Source: Actinomycetota bacterium
GTDB taxonomy: Bacteria; Actinomycetota; Actinomycetes; Actinomycetales; Dermatophilaceae
Assembly (NCBI GenBank): GCA_040006795.1
Contig: JBDTWH010000166.1
Coordinates: forward strand, 27,780-91,779
Length of the DNA: 64,000 nucleotides
Direction of reading: 5' to 3'
Shown here piece by piece: positions 45,262 to 53,839 of the stretch. A model generated the notes under the pieces. It saw only the letters and a list, made by a program, of their open reading frames with translations, did no database searches and was not told where the DNA came from. A program made the position numbers and the translations under genes. The first letter of the stretch is position 1; the number at the start of each line of letters is the position of its first letter.

Positions 45262-45375
45262 ACAGGGTGTCGGTGACAAGCCTTTTTTGAGTACTACACA
45301 GCGCCGGTTCGGGTAACGAATCGGCACAGTGGGACGTTGTTGTCATACAGTGGAGCCGCCCACGGGAGGTCGAAG

Positions 45376-45807
45376 GTGCCGCTTTCAGATCATGAGCAAC
45401 ATCTGCTTGAGCAGATGGAACAAGCGTTGTATGCCGAGGATCCGAAGTTTGCCTCGCAGATGCAAGGCTCTGCTGCGCGTGCCCGCCTGCGGAAGGTCCT
45501 CGCTATCGGGGCCGGGGGCGTTATCGCCGGACTTGGGCTGGTTGTGCTGGGTGTGGTCACTGAGTCCATCTGGTGGGGTGCCATCGGCTTCGCGCTGATG
45601 GTCGGCGGGGTGGCCTACGCGATCAGCCCGCCAAAGGTCCCCAAGGCGCAGCTGGGCGCGGTCCTCGAGGACGGGTCCGTGCGTCCGCGTGAGCCGGCAC
45701 GTCGCCTCGGCAAGCTGAGCAAGAGCAAGAAGTCCAACGCCAACAAGCAGACGTTCATCCGACGCATGGAAGAGCGTTGGGACCGTCGGCGCGACGGCGG
45801 GCAGTAG
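45376..45807 (+). CDS. DUF3040-like membrane protein
   Basis: ORF 45337..45807 trimmed to the GTG at 45376 because GGGAGG lies 6 nt upstream. PLSDHEQHLLEQMEQALYAEDPKF followed by two TM segments. The equivalent gene sits near mraZ in other actinobacteria. Confidence 0.72.
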   Translation: MPLSDHEQHLLEQMEQALYAEDPKFASQMQGSAARARLRKVLAIGAGGVIAGLGLVVLGVVTESIWWGAIGFALMVGGVAYAISPPKVPKAQLGAVLEDGSVRPREPARRLGKLSKSKKSNANKQTFIRRMEERWDRRRDGGQ

Positions 45808-45812
45808 CCAAG

Positions 45813-45849
45813 TCTGGGCACCAAGGACGTGCTTCTGGGCACCAAGGAC
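45813..45849. repeat. Direct repeat tctgggcaccaaggac x2 with 21-bp period
   Basis: Copies at 45813-45828 and 45834-45849. Confidence 0.92.
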
Positions 45850-45899
45850 ATGGGGCTGGAGCCGGCACAAGGCTGGAGCTCGCACAAGCAAAACGACCT

Positions 45900-45974
45900 C
45901 TACGACGTGACGGACGTCCACAACTTGGCCCGTCTACGACTTGACGGACGTCCACAACTTGACACGGACGTCCA
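45900..45974. repeat. 28-nt direct repeat x2 (34-bp period) plus a third partial copy, each carrying the palindrome GGACGTCC
   Basis: ctacgac(g/t)tgacggacgtccacaacttg at 45900-45927 and 45934-45961, and acggacgtcca at 45964-45974. GGACGTCC occurs at 45912, 45946 and 45966. Confidence 0.92.
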
Positions 45975-45985
45975 TGACTCGGCGA

Positions 45986-46023
45986 CGGGTGTTGATGCGG
46001 TCAGCGGGTGTTGATGCGGTCAG
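45986..46023. repeat. Perfect 19-bp tandem duplication (cgggtgttgatgcggtcag x2) spanning the stop of the DUF456-like gene
   Basis: Copies at 45986-46004 and 46005-46023. The second contains the minus-strand TGA at 46020-46022. Confidence 0.95.
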
Positions 46024-46502
46024 GCCGTCGCCGCTACAGCGATCAGCCAGGTGCTGGCAATCGCGAGACCCGTCAACAGCTCAATTCCCATGCTCAGACC
46101 GATGGCTCTGAGAGCGTGCCTGGTCGACGACCAGGCTGTGGCGTGGGTGCTCCCCTTGACGCGTTCGGCCAGATAGATCCCGAGAGGGAAGCCCAGGAAC
46201 GCACCAACGACCGGGATCAGGAAGAAGCCCGCCACAGCCAGAGCTACGCCTGCCGCTGTGCTGGACCTGGTGACACCGGAAGCTGCCATGCGCCGACCGG
46301 GCAGGAGATAACGCAGGACCAAACCTGCCAGCGCCAGGGACGTGGCGATGCCCAGGACCACCCATCCCGCCGACGTCTGCGCTTGCGAAGCCCAGATGAG
46401 CACGGCCGCCCAGACCAGCAGGAGTCCGGGCAAGACAGGCACGATGATGCCGATGAACCCGACGAGCATGATCAGACCTGCGAGAACGGTTACTCCGTCC
46501 AT
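46020..46502 (-). CDS. DUF456-like integral membrane protein
   Basis: 160 aa, 4 TM. VLAGLIMLVGFIGIIVPVLPGLLLVW is a typical N-terminus (family name from memory). Confidence 0.7.
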   Translation of the reverse strand: MDGVTVLAGLIMLVGFIGIIVPVLPGLLLVWAAVLIWASQAQTSAGWVVLGIATSLALAGLVLRYLLPGRRMAASGVTRSSTAAGVALAVAGFFLIPVVGAFLGFPLGIYLAERVKGSTHATAWSSTRHALRAIGLSMGIELLTGLAIASTWLIAVAATA

Positions 46503-46550
46503 CCAGGGGGACCAGACGACCGTCGAGTTCCAGGTTTGAGCTTGCCGGAC

Positions 46551-46784
46551 CTAGCTTGCGTCCGCGTCGGCGCCGACCGGGGACGGCATCAGTCGATCGG
46601 TCTCGTCCTGGATGTTGGTGGACAGCCCCTGCAGCTTGGGCAGGTGCTCGCGCCCGTGGTGTGCGCAGAAAAGCAGCTCGCCACCAGAGCTGAGGCGGGC
46701 GCGCACATAGGCTCGGGCGCCACAGCGGTCGCAGCGGTCAGCCACGGTCAGAGTCGGTGCCAGTGCAGTTGTCACGTCTACCAT
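46551..46784 (-). CDS. Small conserved zinc-ribbon-like protein (CxxC...CxHH)
   Basis: 77 aa. DRCDRCGARAYVRARLSSGGELLFCAHHGREH. I recall it as a conserved actinobacterial small protein near type II topoisomerase genes. Confidence 0.6.
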   Translation of the reverse strand: MVDVTTALAPTLTVADRCDRCGARAYVRARLSSGGELLFCAHHGREHLPKLQGLSTNIQDETDRLMPSPVGADADAS

Positions 46785-47063
46785 CCATTCCGTTGTAGTG
46801 GGTGCCGTTGGCGGTCCTACCTGGTGTCGCGATCTCGTCCGTATCCCTGCTGGTCCTGATTCTGTTGCCGATACGTCTTAGACGCTTGCCGAGTGGTTTG
46901 CGTTGTGGGCTAACCCATTCGCCGGTTGTAACAGTCAAACACGAAGATTGCTTCCCGAAGTCCATTCTGCCCAGATCTGACGAAGAATCTTGCCGTGTTT
47001 CTCTCTCCGCGCAATCCCCTGCGGGCCCGAATGCCGTGCTCCCCCGCGTGGCTGTGGCGTGCC

Positions 47064-47085
47064 TGTCGGGGCGGGGAGATAGCCT
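47064..47085 (+). promoter_or_regulatory. RecA-NDp-like promoter motif upstream of the ParE-like gene
   Basis: cTGTCGGGG-CGGGGAGA-TAGCCT. The -10 hexamer is the same as at 5324. It ends 50 nt before the ATG at 47136. Confidence 0.45.
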
Positions 47086-47135
47086 GCCAGAGAGTCTCAG
47101 ACCGGCCTCAGCCGGCGCTCAGCTGCACCGAGAGG

Positions 47136-49349
47136 ATGTCCGTGGCCATCGCCACCCGAACAAGAAGAACCGCAACGACGTCTGGCGCCGCCTCAGGCTC
47201 TGGCAGACAGAGCGCCGGGTCGCCCAACGCTGACTCGAGCGGCGCTGACTCACCGACATACATGGCTCGGCACCTGCAGGTCCTGGAAGGTCTCGAGGCG
47301 GTTCGCAAGCGTCCGGCGATGTATATCGGGTCGACGGACGCGCGTGGGCTGATGCACTGCGTGTGGGAGATCATCGACAACTCGGTTGACGAGGCTCTGG
47401 CGGGGGTCTGCGATCACATCGACGTGGCGTTGATGGCCGATGGGTCGGTCGAGGTCCGTGACAACGGGCGGGGCATTCCCGTGGACATGGAGCCACGCAC
47501 CGGACTGTCTGGTGTCGAGGTGGTTTTCACCAAGCTGCACGCCGGTGGCAAGTTCGGTGGCGGCTCTTACACCGCCTCCGGTGGCCTGCACGGCGTGGGC
47601 GCCTCGGTGGTCAACGCGCTGTCCGCCCGGCTGGATGTCGAGGTCGACCGCGGGATGAGGACCCACGCGATGAGCTTTCGCCGGGGTGAGCCCGGCGTCT
47701 TCACCGACGTCTTGGGCGACAAGACACCGCATGCCGGTTTCACGGCGTACGTGGACAACAGCGAGCTGAGGATCGTCGGCAAGGTGGGCCGCGGAAAGAC
47801 CGGCAGCAGAGTTCGCTACTGGCCAGATGACCAGATCTTCCTGGCAGACGCCGCATTCAGCTATGACGAGCTAGCCTCACGGGCCCGCCAGACGTCCTAC
47901 CTCATCCCGGGTCTGACACTCGTTATCCGTGACGAGCGTGGTGTGCCCGGCACGCCGGGCGAAGACGGACCCTTTGAGGAGACCTTCCTGCATGAGGGAG
48001 GCATCAGCGAGTTCGCCGAGTTCCTGGCTATCGACCCGCCCCTGACCGACGTGTGGCGTCTGCAGGGTTCGGGAACATTCCATGAGAACGTGCCGGTGCT
48101 CGACGACCGCGGCCGGATGACGCCCACCGACCTCGAGCGCGAGTGCCATGTTGACGTTGCACTGAGGTGGGGTACCGGCTACGAGACCAGGACCCTGTCA
48201 TTCGTCAACATCATCGCCACTCACAAGGGTGGCACCCATATGGCAGGCTTCGAGCAGGCGATGCTCAGGGTCCTCCGCAAGCAGCTGGAGGTCAACGCCC
48301 GCCGGCTCAAGGTCGGGTCGGACAAGGTCGAGAAGGAGGACGTGTTGGCCGGCCTCACGGCGGTGGTCACGGTCCGACTCGCAGAGCCCCAGTTCGAGGG
48401 GCAGACCAAGGAGGTGCTGGGGACCTCGGCGGTACGCGCCATCGTGGCCAAGGTCATAGACAAAGAGCTCACCGCCATGCTGACCGCTACCAGGCGGGGT
48501 GGGAAGGCCCAGGCCTCGATGCTTCTGGAAAAAGTAGTTGCCGAGATGAAGTCGCGGATCAGCGCACGGCAGCACAAGGAGACCCAACGGCGCAAGAACG
48601 CGCTGGAGACCTCCTCCCTGCCGGCCAAGCTGGCCGACTGCCGAAGCGGCGATATCGAGCGGACGGAGCTCTTCATCGTCGAGGGTGACAGCGCCCTCGG
48701 AACCGCAAAGCTGGCCAGGTCCTCGGACCACCAGGCGCTCCTGCCGATTCGGGGCAAGATCCTGAACGTCCAGAAGGCGTCGCTGGCCGACATGCTCAAG
48801 AACGCGGAGTGTGCGGCGATCCTTCAGGTCATCGGCGCCGGCTCGGGCCGCTCGTTCGACCTGAGTGCCGCGCGGTACGGGAAAGTCATCATCATGACTG
48901 ACGCGGACGTCGACGGAGCGCACATCCGCACCCTGCTCCTGACGCTGTTCTTTCGTTACATGCGGCCCCTGGTCGAGGCGGGACGGGTCTTTGCCGCGGT
49001 CCCCCCTTTGCATCGCATCGAGGTGATCAACCCTGGCAGCAGGAAGAACGACCTCCTTTACACCTACAGCGAGCCCGAGATGCGTCGGGTGTTGTCCACG
49101 CTGGAGAAGAAGGGCCGCAAGGTCAAACAGCCGCTCCAGCGGTATAAGGGCCTGGGCGAGATGGATGCCGACCAGCTGGCCGAGACGACGATGGATCCTC
49201 GCCATCGGATGCTGCGTCGGGTGACCCTCAAGGACGCCGAGAACGCAGAGGTTGTGTTCGACCTGCTGATGGGTCACGATGTCGCGCCGCGCAAGGACTT
49301 CATTATCGAGTCCGCGGCAGCGCTGGACCGCCAGCGCATCGACGCCTGA
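47136..49349 (+). CDS. parE: Type IIA topoisomerase subunit B (ParE / topoisomerase IV-like)
   Basis: ORF 46995..49349 trimmed to ATG 47136 (GTG 47142 is also possible). LEGLEAVRKRPAMYIGS, GHKL ATPase motifs, Toprim EGDSA and MTDADVDGAHI. Confidence 0.88.
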   Translation: MSVAIATRTRRTATTSGAASGSGRQSAGSPNADSSGADSPTYMARHLQVLEGLEAVRKRPAMYIGSTDARGLMHCVWEIIDNSVDEALAGVCDHIDVALMADGSVEVRDNGRGIPVDMEPRTGLSGVEVVFTKLHAGGKFGGGSYTASGGLHGVGASVVNALSARLDVEVDRGMRTHAMSFRRGEPGVFTDVLGDKTPHAGFTAYVDNSELRIVGKVGRGKTGSRVRYWPDDQIFLADAAFSYDELASRARQTSYLIPGLTLVIRDERGVPGTPGEDGPFEETFLHEGGISEFAEFLAIDPPLTDVWRLQGSGTFHENVPVLDDRGRMTPTDLERECHVDVALRWGTGYETRTLSFVNIIATHKGGTHMAGFEQAMLRVLRKQLEVNARRLKVGSDKVEKEDVLAGLTAVVTVRLAEPQFEGQTKEVLGTSAVRAIVAKVIDKELTAMLTATRRGGKAQASMLLEKVVAEMKSRISARQHKETQRRKNALETSSLPAKLADCRSGDIERTELFIVEGDSALGTAKLARSSDHQALLPIRGKILNVQKASLADMLKNAECAAILQVIGAGSGRSFDLSAARYGKVIIMTDADVDGAHIRTLLLTLFFRYMRPLVEAGRVFAAVPPLHRIEVINPGSRKNDLLYTYSEPEMRRVLSTLEKKGRKVKQPLQRYKGLGEMDADQLAETTMDPRHRMLRRVTLKDAENAEVVFDLLMGHDVAPRKDFIIESAAALDRQRIDA

Positions 49350-49402
49350 AAATCGCTGGGTGGGCCTTTGGCCTCGGAGGTCTGGGAATATGAGGGACGG
49401 GG

Positions 49403-50149
49403 GTGGACACTTCTCCCATGTGCTTCACCAGTGATCAGCACCCGCCCGAGCCACCCAAGACCAGCGAGGTGGGCGACCACGGACCACTCGTGCTGACAGC
49501 AGGCGATGGCAACCGCTTTTCGGCCTTCGAGGCGGTGCCGGTGACCCCTCGCGGCGCGAGCCTCGTGCTGCTCCCGGACATCCGGGGGATGCACGCCTTC
49601 TATACCGACCTTGCCCTGTGTTTCGCCAGTGCCGGGATCGACACCGTTGCCCTGGATCCCTACGGGCGAAGTGCGGGGCTCTCCGGGCGTGATGACGACT
49701 TCGAGTACATTCCCCACGCCAGGAAGCTGACCCCCGCGGAAGTACTGGCCGACGCCCAGGCGGCGGCAGCGCGTCTGCGCGAGCGAAGCGACGATCCTGT
49801 ATTCACCCTGGGCTTCTGCATGTTTGGCGGTCATTCCTGGCGGTTGGCCGCTACCGACCTGCACCCGGCCGGCTCGATCGGATTCTACGGCCGCCCGTCC
49901 ACGGTCGAGGATGTCGTTGGTGACCTTGCGTCTCCGCTGCTGATCCTCGCGGCCGGTGCTGACAAGGCCACTTCCGGTGCGGAGAATGCGGAGTTCGTCC
50001 GCTCTCTGAAGGAGGCTGGCAAGGTGCACGACTACGTTGTTTACGAGGGGGCGCCACATTCGTTCTTCGACCGTGGCTTCGAGCAGTGGCAGGCCGAGTG
50101 CGCGGACTCCTGGGTGCAGATTCTCGGTTTCATCGACCGAAATCGCTGA
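49403..50149 (+). CDS. Dienelactone hydrolase family protein
   Basis: 248 aa. LVLLPDIRGMH, a GFCMFGG nucleophile-like elbow (Cys type), and a C-terminal YEGAPHSF. Confidence 0.78.
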   Translation: MDTSPMCFTSDQHPPEPPKTSEVGDHGPLVLTAGDGNRFSAFEAVPVTPRGASLVLLPDIRGMHAFYTDLALCFASAGIDTVALDPYGRSAGLSGRDDDFEYIPHARKLTPAEVLADAQAAAARLRERSDDPVFTLGFCMFGGHSWRLAATDLHPAGSIGFYGRPSTVEDVVGDLASPLLILAAGADKATSGAENAEFVRSLKEAGKVHDYVVYEGAPHSFFDRGFEQWQAECADSWVQILGFIDRNR

Positions 50150-50157
50150 CTACCCCA

Positions 50158-51171
50158 TCAACCGAGATCGCTGACCAATGACCATTGCCAGACTGGCACG
50201 GGGTCCTTGCCGCAGGACGCTGCCAGGTCCTCCCCACGTCGACTACGCACAGCCTCAACATCCCAGTGGCGACCATCGACGTGGCTTACCCGACACTGCC
50301 AGGCGTCCTCCCGATCTGCTCGCCGGCTTGCGGTCGTCGAGAGCGCCAGCAGGCTGGCTTCCTGGATCTGCTGTCGCACCATGGACTCCGCTGCCTGTCC
50401 CGCCGCGGGCAGGTGGCTGCGTCCCCGGTCGTTCACCTCTCCCAGGAGCGCGGTCGGAAGCTCCCCGACCGCCGCGGCATCGATCACGGCGACGGCTGAG
50501 GCACCGCTGAGCCGGCCGAAGGTCTGGCCGGCTGGCAGCAGCACCCCGGTCGGGGCGAACCGGTGGCCCCCGGTGTGCGAACATTCCCACACCTGGCCGG
50601 AACGTTGCGATGCGGCTTGAAAGGCGACCTCTCGACCACGTGCCGAGCAGCAGACGTCCCGTTTGGAGTTTGTGCAGATGAGCAGGACAGGCCCGGCCGA
50701 GCGCGCCGCCCCGGGCAGGGCGCCCTGGACGGCATCGATGTCACCCCTGGCAAGAGCCTGCATCTCCGGCTGGCCCAGTCGGGTCAGGCCGGCCGGGTCA
50801 TTCACATCAGCCTCGAGCAGCCAGGGGCGAGACGCCAGCCCGCCGGCCAGATAGACCCTCCGTGTGTCGACCCTCTGCGCGTCGACCTTCCGGGCGCTGT
50901 GCTCGTGGAGGTCCGCATGACTGCCCGGGCGCCGGATCAGGATCAAGCGACCCCCGGCGTCCTTGCATCTCCGGTCGAGGCTCTGGCCAAGGCGGGGATC
51001 GAGGTGGGACTGTACTGCGGCCTGGGCACCCCAGGGACCGTTCTGCTCGAGCGCAACCCAGAACGTGGCGGTGGGGGCGGTGCCGAGTGCCGATACGCCG
51101 GCGATGTCCCAGATCACCGAACAGGCATCTGGTCTGCTGCGGCGAGGGCGCTCGACCGCAGCGTCGCTCAC
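50158..51171 (-). CDS. Sucrase/ferredoxin-like (thioredoxin-like [2Fe-2S]) family protein
   Basis: ORF 50158..51411 trimmed to the GTG at 51171, which overlaps the parC stop (GTGA). LICTNSKRDVCCSARG...CSHTGGHRFAP. Confidence 0.72.
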   Translation of the reverse strand: MSDAAVERPRRSRPDACSVIWDIAGVSALGTAPTATFWVALEQNGPWGAQAAVQSHLDPRLGQSLDRRCKDAGGRLILIRRPGSHADLHEHSARKVDAQRVDTRRVYLAGGLASRPWLLEADVNDPAGLTRLGQPEMQALARGDIDAVQGALPGAARSAGPVLLICTNSKRDVCCSARGREVAFQAASQRSGQVWECSHTGGHRFAPTGVLLPAGQTFGRLSGASAVAVIDAAAVGELPTALLGEVNDRGRSHLPAAGQAAESMVRQQIQEASLLALSTTASRRADREDAWQCRVSHVDGRHWDVEAVRSRRGEDLAASCGKDPVPVWQWSLVSDLG

Positions 51172-53723
51172 TCCTTGCCCGCCGGGAACTCGGGCGTTGT
51201 CTCCAGGTCCAGTGACAGCACCAGATCGTCGGTCGTTGCGTCCGGAAGAGCTGGTGCGGGTAGGTCCGTGGGCTCGGGTATCGGTCCTGCGATGGCACCG
51301 ATCGCTGCGGCAGCCGGAAGGCCGGAGCCGTCGCGCTTCCCGGTGGCATCGGGCAGGTCCAGCGCAACCCCGTTGGCAGCAGCCGCCCTCGCGGGACTTC
51401 CGCCGGCCCACCCGAGGATCAGCGTGTCCTCTCCACGCAGGAAACGATGGCAGCGGACGCCACCGGTGGCACGACCCTTGGCCGGGTACTCGGCATACGG
51501 GGTGACCTTCAGTGATCCGGGCTCCGTGCCCGGCAGGGCGCTGGAGGACCCGCTGGAGGTGACCACGACGTTGGTTGTCGACGGATCGAGCGCCGTGAAG
51601 AACATGGCGCGTGCGCCGGCCGCGAGGTTGATGCCGGCCATCCCTCCCGCGCTCCGACCTTGAGGGCGCACAGAGGATGCCGGGAACCGCAGCAGCTGAG
51701 CGTCCGAGGTGATGAACACGAGGTCCTCATCACCGGTCCGTAGCTCGACCGCACCCACCACCTGGTCGCCGGGTCGCAGACTGATGATGTCCCAGTCATC
51801 CTTGTTGCCGGGGTAGTCGGTGGTCACTCGTTTGACCACGCCCTGGGCCGTTCCCAGCGCTAGTCCGGCGGAGTCCTGCGACAGCGACGTCAGGACCACC
51901 GGCTGCTCATCCTTGGGCAGATCGACGAAGGCTGCCAGCGGTGCGCCGCCAGACAGCGACGGGGTGCCGTTGGTCGGCGGCAGGATGGGCAGGTCCAGCG
52001 CGGCGAGCCGGATCATCCGCCCCCGCGACGTGACGAGAGCGACGTTGCCCCTGATGGTGGTCTGGACTGCGGCCGTCACAACGTCGTGCTTGTGCCGGGC
52101 GCCCTGCGTGGGTAAGGCCTCCACATTGGTGGTGCGTGCCATCAGGCCTGTGGAGGACAGCAGAACCCAGCAGGGGTCGTCTGTCAGCTCGAGGGGCGTC
52201 GCGGCAGTGACCGGGCTCCCGGCGGACTCCAGCAGCACCGTGCGACGCGGCGTCCCATGTGCTTTGGCGACTTCGGCGAGCTCATTCGACACCGTCTTCT
52301 GGAGCAGCTTCTCGTCGCCGAGGATCGCACGCAACGCCTCGATCTGACGTTCCAGCTCGGCCTTCTCGCTTTCGAGCTCGACCTTGGAGAACTTCGTCAG
52401 CCGGCGCAGCTGAAGGTCGAGGATGTACGTGGCCTGCGGGTCCGAGAGGTCGAAGACGTCCATGAGCCGGGCCTTGGCGATCGCCGCGTCATCGGAGGCC
52501 CGGATGACCTGGATGACCTCGTCGATATCCAGGATCGCGATGAGCAGGCCCTCGACGAGGTGCAGCCGCTCCTCGCGTTTGCGCAGGCGGTAGGTGCTGC
52601 GCCGGCGCACCACGTCGAGGCGGAAGTCGACGTAGACCCTCAGCAGGTCCTTCAGACCGAGCGTGCGCGGCTGGCCGTCGACGAGCGCAACGTTGTTGAT
52701 CCCGAAGTTCTCCTCCATCGGCGTCATCTTGAAGAGCTGTTCCAGCACCGCCTGGGGGTGAAAACCGCCCTTGATCTCGATGACCAGCTGTAAGCCGTGC
52801 TTGCGGTCGGTCAGGTCCTTGACGTCGCTGATGCCCTGAAGCTTCTTGGACTGGACGAGATCCTTGATCTTCTCGATGACCTTCTCGGGTCCGACCAGGT
52901 AGGGCAGCTCCGTGACGACGATGCCCAGCTTTCGCGGGGTCACGTGCTCGATCCGCGTCGTCGCCCGGGTGCGAAAAGACCCACGCCCGCCAAGGTACGC
53001 GTCGCGGATCCCCTCCAGCCCGACGATCTTCCCTCCGCACGGGAGGTCGGGGCCCGGGACGAACTTCATCAGGTCATCCAGCGAGCACTGCGGGTTGGCC
53101 ATCAGGTGACGAGCCGCGCCGATGATCTCCACGAGGTTGTGTGGAGCCATGTTCGTGGCCATGCCGACCGCGATACCGCTGGCACCGTTCACGAGCAGGT
53201 TGGGGAAGGCAGCGGGCATCACGCCCGGCTGCATGAGCTGGTCGTCGTAGTTGGGAACGAAGTCAACGGTCTCCTCGTCGAGACTGTCAGTCATCAGCAT
53301 CGCGGCTGCAGCGAGCCGGGCCTCTGTGTAGCGGGCAGCGGCGGGCCCGTCATCCAGCGAGCCGAAGTTTCCGTGACCGTCCACCAGCGGCATGCGCATC
53401 GTGAAGGGCTGGGACATGCGCACCAGCGCGTCATAGATGGAGCCGTCACCGTGGGGGTGGTACTTGCCCATGACCTCGCCGACCACCCGGCTGCTCTTCA
53501 CGTGTCCACGCTCTGGGCGGAGCCCGAGCTCGTTCATGCCGAACAGGATCCGTCGTTGCACCGGCTTGAGCCCATCGCGGGCGTCGGGCAGGGCACGAGA
53601 GTAGATCACCGAGTAGGCGTACTCCAGGAAAGCCCCCTGCATCTCCTCCTCGACGTCGATGTCGACGATCCGCTCGGTGAAGTCTGCCTCCGGCGGTGGG
53701 GTGGATGACGTTCGGCGGGCCAT
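51168..53723 (-). CDS. parC: Type IIA topoisomerase subunit A (ParC / topoisomerase IV-like)
   Basis: 851 aa. [13 protein letters not shown] and the catalytic Tyr context AARYTEARL. No QRRGGKG GyrA-box is visible in the C-terminal domain, which favours ParC over GyrA. Confidence 0.9.
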   Translation of the reverse strand: MARRTSSTPPPEADFTERIVDIDVEEEMQGAFLEYAYSVIYSRALPDARDGLKPVQRRILFGMNELGLRPERGHVKSSRVVGEVMGKYHPHGDGSIYDALVRMSQPFTMRMPLVDGHGNFGSLDDGPAAARYTEARLAAAAMLMTDSLDEETVDFVPNYDDQLMQPGVMPAAFPNLLVNGASGIAVGMATNMAPHNLVEIIGAARHLMANPQCSLDDLMKFVPGPDLPCGGKIVGLEGIRDAYLGGRGSFRTRATTRIEHVTPRKLGIVVTELPYLVGPEKVIEKIKDLVQSKKLQGISDVKDLTDRKHGLQLVIEIKGGFHPQAVLEQLFKMTPMEENFGINNVALVDGQPRTLGLKDLLRVYVDFRLDVVRRRSTYRLRKREERLHLVEGLLIAILDIDEVIQVIRASDDAAIAKARLMDVFDLSDPQATYILDLQLRRLTKFSKVELESEKAELERQIEALRAILGDEKLLQKTVSNELAEVAKAHGTPRRTVLLESAGSPVTAATPLELTDDPCWVLLSSTGLMARTTNVEALPTQGARHKHDVVTAAVQTTIRGNVALVTSRGRMIRLAALDLPILPPTNGTPSLSGGAPLAAFVDLPKDEQPVVLTSLSQDSAGLALGTAQGVVKRVTTDYPGNKDDWDIISLRPGDQVVGAVELRTGDEDLVFITSDAQLLRFPASSVRPQGRSAGGMAGINLAAGARAMFFTALDPSTTNVVVTSSGSSSALPGTEPGSLKVTPYAEYPAKGRATGGVRCHRFLRGEDTLILGWAGGSPARAAAANGVALDLPDATGKRDGSGLPAAAAIGAIAGPIPEPTDLPAPALPDATTDDLVLSLDLETTPEFPAGKE

Positions 53724-53839
53724 GCTCGGGGGGTCTCCTTGGGTCAGTGCTGCGGATCAGGTACGGGGCATCCGCGATCTATAACAGTATCTTCGCCCTT
53801 GGCCGCACCGGGTCTGCGCCCGACTCGCCGGTGCCCCGG

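Noticed and set aside
45268-45289. A perfect TGTCGGTG core (the best match to the RecA-NDp upstream element) between dinB and the DUF3040-like gene.
   Set aside because: The hexamer at the required N8 spacing is TTTTTG, not TAnnnT, and no TAnnnT lies at a nearby spacing. I kept it out of the motif count. It could still be a weak or degenerate site.
11272-45974. A shared ACGGACG core among the 17-mer array (26011), the palindrome (25985), the 28-mer repeats (45912, 45946, 45966) and the coding 12-mer B unit (11272-11319), as a possible dispersed REP-like element.
   Set aside because: It is only a 7-mer in a GC-rich genome, and the flanks differ. I cannot distinguish this from chance without a genome-wide count.
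47136-53723. Calling the type IIA topoisomerase pair DNA gyrase (gyrB/gyrA).
   Set aside because: The A subunit shows no QRRGGKG GyrA-box in its C-terminal domain. The genes are not in the gyrB-gyrA tandem next to dnaA/dnaN/recF and are split on opposite strands. A ParE/ParC-like (topoisomerase IV) call is more consistent. Biochemistry would be needed for certainty.
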